Shown piece after piece: positions 60,589-64,000 of a DNA stretch of 64,000 nt. Each line of letters starts with the position of its first letter. Within the stretch, counting starts at the first letter, position 1. Where the stretch lies: assembly GCA_902766965.1 (NCBI GenBank), contig CACXFJ010000047.1:3165-67164 (forward strand), given 5' to 3'. The position numbers and the translations under genes were made by a program. The notes under the pieces are model-generated. The model had not been told where the DNA came from, ran no database searches, and saw nothing but the letters and a program-made list of their open reading frames with translations. This DNA is from an uncultured Eubacteriales bacterium. Its GTDB lineage: Bacteria; Bacillota; Clostridia; Christensenellales; DTU072.

Positions 60589-63500
60589 ATGACAAAAAAC
60601 AAAAGAAACAGTCTGATAATCATCGTAGCGGTAGCTTTGCTTATAGTCTGCGCGACGACGCTCGTCGCCTGCAAGGACAAAGAGCCGACTAATTTTACGG
60701 TGACGTACGTTTATAACAACGGTCAGGAAAATTTCGTAGCGGAAGTATTAGCCGGCAATACGGTCGTTGAACCCGTTTCTCCGGTAAGAGAAGGATACGA
60801 TTTCGTACGTTGGGTAAAACAGGGCGAAACCGAACCGTACGATTTTTCCGCCGCCGTCAACGCCGACCTTACGTTGGAGGCTATATGGCAGGAACACGAA
60901 GAAGAACCGCCCGTAGTCGTTCAGGACGCGAGAATAAATTGGAGAACCGACGAAAGCGCGAAGTTCTCTTACGAAGGGAGCGTTCCCCGTTTGGTTAAAC
61001 CCGGCACGACGGTAAAATTCGGCGTAATCGTTTCTCCGTACTATAAGGGAGAACCCGTCGTGACCGTCGACGGCAAAGCCGTTACCGCGGGAGCGGACGG
61101 CAACTACTCTTTCGTAGCGGGCAACGTCACCTCCGTGACGGTAAGCATATCCGGCTTACAGCGCGACGATATGAAAGTCAAAGGCGCGGGAACGAGCAAA
61201 AATCCTTACCTTATCGAAAACGCGTCGCAACTGCGTCTTGTCACCGACTCGATAAATAACGGCGATTCCACGTATAAGAAGTCCTTTATAGAACTCCGTT
61301 CCGATATAGATATGAAAGGTTTTGAACTGGAACCTATCGGAACTATCTCCAATCAGTTTATGGGAACCTTCGACGGAAAAAATCACACCGTATCGAACTA
61401 CACCGTGAACACCGACGGCGGTTTGGCGGGATTATTCGGTTGTATCGCCAACGGCGTCGTCAAGAACGTCAATCTTAAAGCCGATATCGAAGTGGAAACC
61501 ACCGAAAGTCTTAACTATATAGTAGGCGGCGTGGCGGCGTACTGCATAAGCGGCGATATAATAAATTGCAGCTTCGACGGCAGTATTAAAGTAATCAACA
61601 CCCTTAACCCGGACGACTATATCGTTTATCTCGGCGGTATATGCGGTTTCGTACAGGGTTACGAGACAGATTACACCGGAACCATTACTTATTGCAGCGT
61701 GAACGCAACTCTTTCGAGCGAAGGGGAAGAGACCGTCTACACCACGGGCGGTATAGCGGGCGCTACGCACGGCAGCAGCGAAAACACTCCCGCATACGTT
61801 TATAACTGCGTATTCGACGGAGAAATAAGCGGCAAGAGCATAACAAGCGGCGGTATCGTAGGGTATCTCCGTGACAGAAGCTCGATAGCAAATTGCTTTA
61901 CCAAGGGCAAAATTCACGCGCAGAGCGCTGCCGATTACGCCGCGGCGGGAGCTATCGTAGGCTTAGCCGATAACGAAACCGTAGTGACTTATTGCGCCTC
62001 CACCGCCGTATGCGAAGCGATAGGCAGCGACCATAATTACGAAACGAGCGATATTATAGGAATAATATTCGCCGACGGAAACAACACCGTAGACTCCCGT
62101 AAGGCGTCTTGCATAGGTTCTTACTACAACGAAAACGGAACGGTAACGAAAGGTAATACTACCTATAATCTCAATACCCTTACCGAACTCGCGGCTTTGC
62201 TTAAATGGAACGCCGCCGAATGGAAAACCGTCGACGGGAAGATACTTCCCGACGTTACGGGAGAGGATACCGAAAAGGAAATTCACGTTACGTTCGATTT
62301 CGGCAGGGAGATTACCCGCGAAGATAACGACGGCAACGACCTTACCCTTACCGCCGACGACGTTCTGATGACGGGTTACGGTCCGGTATACTGGATTTAC
62401 GACGGCAACGGAATGAACAACTTCGTCGCCGACGACGGAACGATTTCTTACGGATACTTTTTCGATGAAGAGTTGACGAAGAGGGTTCCTTCCGCGTTGG
62501 TCGTGACGCAGGATATGACTATTTACGTAGGATTTTACGATTATTCTTCCGTAGCCGGCGAATATCATACCGTAATCGGCGATAACGAGATTACGCTTAC
62601 TTTCGACGACAACGGCAAGATGACTATGCGCGACGGCGCGATGATAGCGAATTACGTTTACGTTTACGACGGAAAACATATCCTTATAAGAGACGGATAT
62701 TTCGCTTATTTCGACAAGACCTATGCGAACGCCGCAAGAAAGGTAAACTTAATTACCGACTACTACGCCGAAAAGACGAGCGACGGACTTATCATTTACG
62801 ATAACGTTTACTTTACGAAAGGCACCGCCGCCGTTCTTAACACGGAAATAAAAGCCACCGCAAGAAATAACGCGATGGGCGAATGGTACGACTCTTCGAA
62901 AGTAATCTATACCTTCCTCTCCGACGGCACGGGCAAAACTTCCGACGGAAGACACTTTACTTACAGCTGCGTAGGTAACAGCGTCACGCTTTCTATCGGG
63001 AATCAGACGATAAGAGCTACGATTACGGGCGACGTCATCACCGACAACGCTTCTTTCCGCGTCGGCAAAGTGGACGAATTCGGCGGAACGTGGGAGACGA
63101 GATTCAATACCGTCAGAAAAATAACCTTCGACGGAATAAATACCGTAACTTACGGCGGAAACGAATATACATATACGGTAACCGACGGCGTGGCGTCGTT
63201 CAACGGTTATACCGCTAAATTCAATACCGACGGACTTCTCGAAATAAGCGAAGGCGGAGTATCCGCCGTTTACGGCAGAGAGGGAAGTTTTATGGGTATC
63301 TGGAAAGAAACCTATTATAATTACTGGTTCAGATTAGACGGAATAACAAAAGACGGCTACGGCACCGGCTACGACAGCAACGGGATAGAATTTACTTATG
63401 CGGCGGATGAAAGCGAAGGTATATTGGTCGTGACTATGTATTACAGAACGACTATGTACGGCTATTTCAATCTCGTGGTTTCGGAAAAAGACGAATACAA

Positions 63501-64000
63501 GGGTATGGAAATGCTTTACCTCGCGGTATATACTCCCGACACTGGGTTCATCACCGACAACTATAATATGTGCTATTCCGACCCGTTCAACGGCGAATGG
63601 AACGCTGCCGACGGCACCGCGTTTAAGTTTAACGGTTTCGGAGCGTACGACATATCTTACAGCGGAAAGGAAGGCGACTGGATAGTGGAAGGATACGTCG
63701 ACGTAATCGAAGCCGACGGAAAGACCGCGAAAGTAAGATACTATTACAACAAGGCGGAAAGCAAAGCTACGTTCGTCTATAACGGCGTAAACTACACCGC
63801 TACGATTACGGGCGACGATATAACCATAGACGGCAAGGTTTGTAAGACCCCCGACTCGGTATACGGATTTAAGTATCAGGCGGCAGGACTCGTTCTGGAA
63901 TTCAACGGTAAGTCCAACGTCGGTATAGGTAAAGCCACCATAGACAAAAACGGAACGGTTACCGAATACGATTACGTCCTCGACGAAACCGAAAATCTTA
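60589..64000 (+). CDS. Large surface lipoprotein (more than 1,137 aa, 3' end outside the window) with an InlB B-repeat, a GLUG-motif region and tandem GxW beta modules
   Basis: It is missing from the ORF track because no stop occurs before the window end. I translated the first ~850 nt codon by codon from ATG 60589 (SD AAAGGAG) and read the rest of the frame by eye; I saw no stop before the window end. The signal peptide MTKNKRNSLIIIVAVALLIVCATTLVAC has the lipobox L-V-A-C. A Flg_new-like module reads FTVTYVYNNG...REGYDFVRWV. Six GLUG-like repeats are present (GGLAGLFGCIANGVVKNV, VGGVAAYCISGDIINCSF, TGGIAGATHG, SGGIVGYLRDRSSIANCF ...). GxW modules start at about 62551. Confidence 0.85.
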   Translation, partial: MTKNKRNSLIIIVAVALLIVCATTLVACKDKEPTNFTVTYVYNNGQENFVAEVLAGNTVVEPVSPVREGYDFVRWVKQGETEPYDFSAAVNADLTLEAIWQEHEEEPPVVVQDARINWRTDESAKFSYEGSVPRLVKPGTTVKFGVIVSPYYKGEPVVTVDGKAVTAGADGNYSFVAGNVTSVTVSISGLQRDDMKVKGAGTSKNPYLIENASQLRLVTDSINNGDSTYKKSFIELRSDIDMKGFELEPIGTISNQFMGTFDGKNHTVSNYTVNTDGGLAGLFGCIANGVVKNVNLKADIEVETTESLNYIVGGVAAYCISGDIINCSFDGSIKVINTLNPDDYIVYLGGICGFVQGYETDYTGTITYCSVNATLSSEGEETVYTTGGIAGATHGSSENTPAYVYNCVFDGEISGKSITSGGIVGYLRDRSSIANCFTKGKIHAQSAADYAAAGAIVGLADNETVVTYCASTAVCEAIGSDHNYETSDIIGIIFADGNNTVDSRKASCIGSYYNENGTVTKGNTTYNLNTLTELAALLKWNAAEWKTVDGKILPDVTGEDTEKEIHVTFDFGREITREDNDGNDLTLTADDVLMTGYGPVYWIYDGNGMNNFVADDGTISYGYFFDEELTKRVPSALVVTQDMTIYVGFYDYSSVAGEYHTVIGDNEITLTFDDNGKMTMRDGAMIANYVYVYDGKHILIRDGYFAYFDKTYANAARKVNLITDYYAEKTSDGLIIYDNVYFTKGTAAVLNTEIKATARNNAMGEWYDSSKVIYTFLSDGTGKTSDGRHFTYSCVGNSVTLSIGNQTIRATITGDVITDNASFRVGKVDEFGGTWETRFNTVRKITFDGINTVTYGGNEYTYTVTDGVASFNGYTAKFNTDGLLEISEGGVSAVYGREGSFMGIWKETYYNYWFRLDGITKDGYGTGYDSNGIEFTYAADESEGILVVTMYYRTTMYGYFNLVVSEKDEYKGMEMLYLAVYTPDTGFITDNYNMCYSDPFNGEWNAADGTAFKFNGFGAYDISYSGKEGDWIVEGYVDVIEADGKTAKVRYYYNKAESKATFVYNGVNYTATITGDDITIDGKVCKTPDSVYGFKYQAAGLVLEFNGKSNVGIGKATIDKNGTVTEYDYVLDETENL

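Noticed and set aside
60810-60998. A 62-aa + strand ORF (MGKTGRNRTVRFFRRRQRR...).
   Set aside because: It is out of frame inside the lipoprotein gene starting at 60589, and it is an Arg-rich nonsense translation.
1-64000. A search for CRISPR arrays, IS elements or transposases, rRNA genes, toxin-antitoxin pairs and restriction-modification or other defence genes.
   Set aside because: None was seen. The only tandem DNA repeats are the 300-bp tRNA-like units and the two short in-frame SSRs. No ORF shows DDE, HUH, integrase, nuclease or methylase motifs recognisable by eye.

Overview
This 64 kb window looks like it comes from a monoderm, Firmicutes-like bacterium. That is an inference from AGGAGG-type Shine-Dalgarno sites, many lipobox lipoproteins, a CCA-encoding tRNA gene, and BspA-type LRR, InlB B-repeat and GLUG surface modules. 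One uninterrupted ORF (585..35609, + strand, 35,025 nt, 11,674 codons) takes up 55% of the window. It encodes a giant lipobox-anchored surface protein. It has a perfect sigma-70 consensus promoter and a bidirectional terminator. By eye its internal architecture is about 15 highly diverged modules of about 300 aa. Aromatic, alanine-rich (probably helical) insertions of very different sizes, up to about 1,860 aa, interrupt these modules. After the modules come Cna-B/CarboxypepD_reg-like sandwiches, a glycine-zipper hydrophobic segment and about 2,700 aa of Ig-like modules. I see no catalytic motif and cannot name a family. This gene is the main candidate for something undescribed.

Between the giant gene and the surface-protein genes downstream of it lies a small housekeeping block. 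It holds a UDG-superfamily glycosylase, a class I/II aminotransferase, a PaaI-type thioesterase and tRNA-Pro(CGG). Directly after the tRNA terminator is an unusual array of about 300 bp tandem units (2.3 copies). The units carry tRNA-Pro fragments, a tRNA-like acceptor/T-arm closure, and hairpins that differ in sequence between copies while keeping their pairing. This suggests a structured, tRNA-derived RNA or a decayed tRNA array.

The right half of the window is again cell-surface genes:
- a minus-strand operon with a 1,167-aa lipoprotein and two small membrane proteins
- a 2,531-aa subtilisin-like (S8) cell-envelope protease fused to about 780 aa of BspA-type LRRs
- a GLUG/InlB-repeat lipoprotein
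- a complete Opp/Dpp-type peptide ABC transporter whose SBP, permease and ATPase are all unusually expanded
- the start of another large GLUG lipoprotein that runs off the window

A truncated feoA-like gene sits at the left edge, next to a GATAA-rich (Fur-box-like) intergenic region. I saw no transposase, integrase, CRISPR array, rRNA or phage genes. All family names come from motif recognition by eye; no database search was possible.
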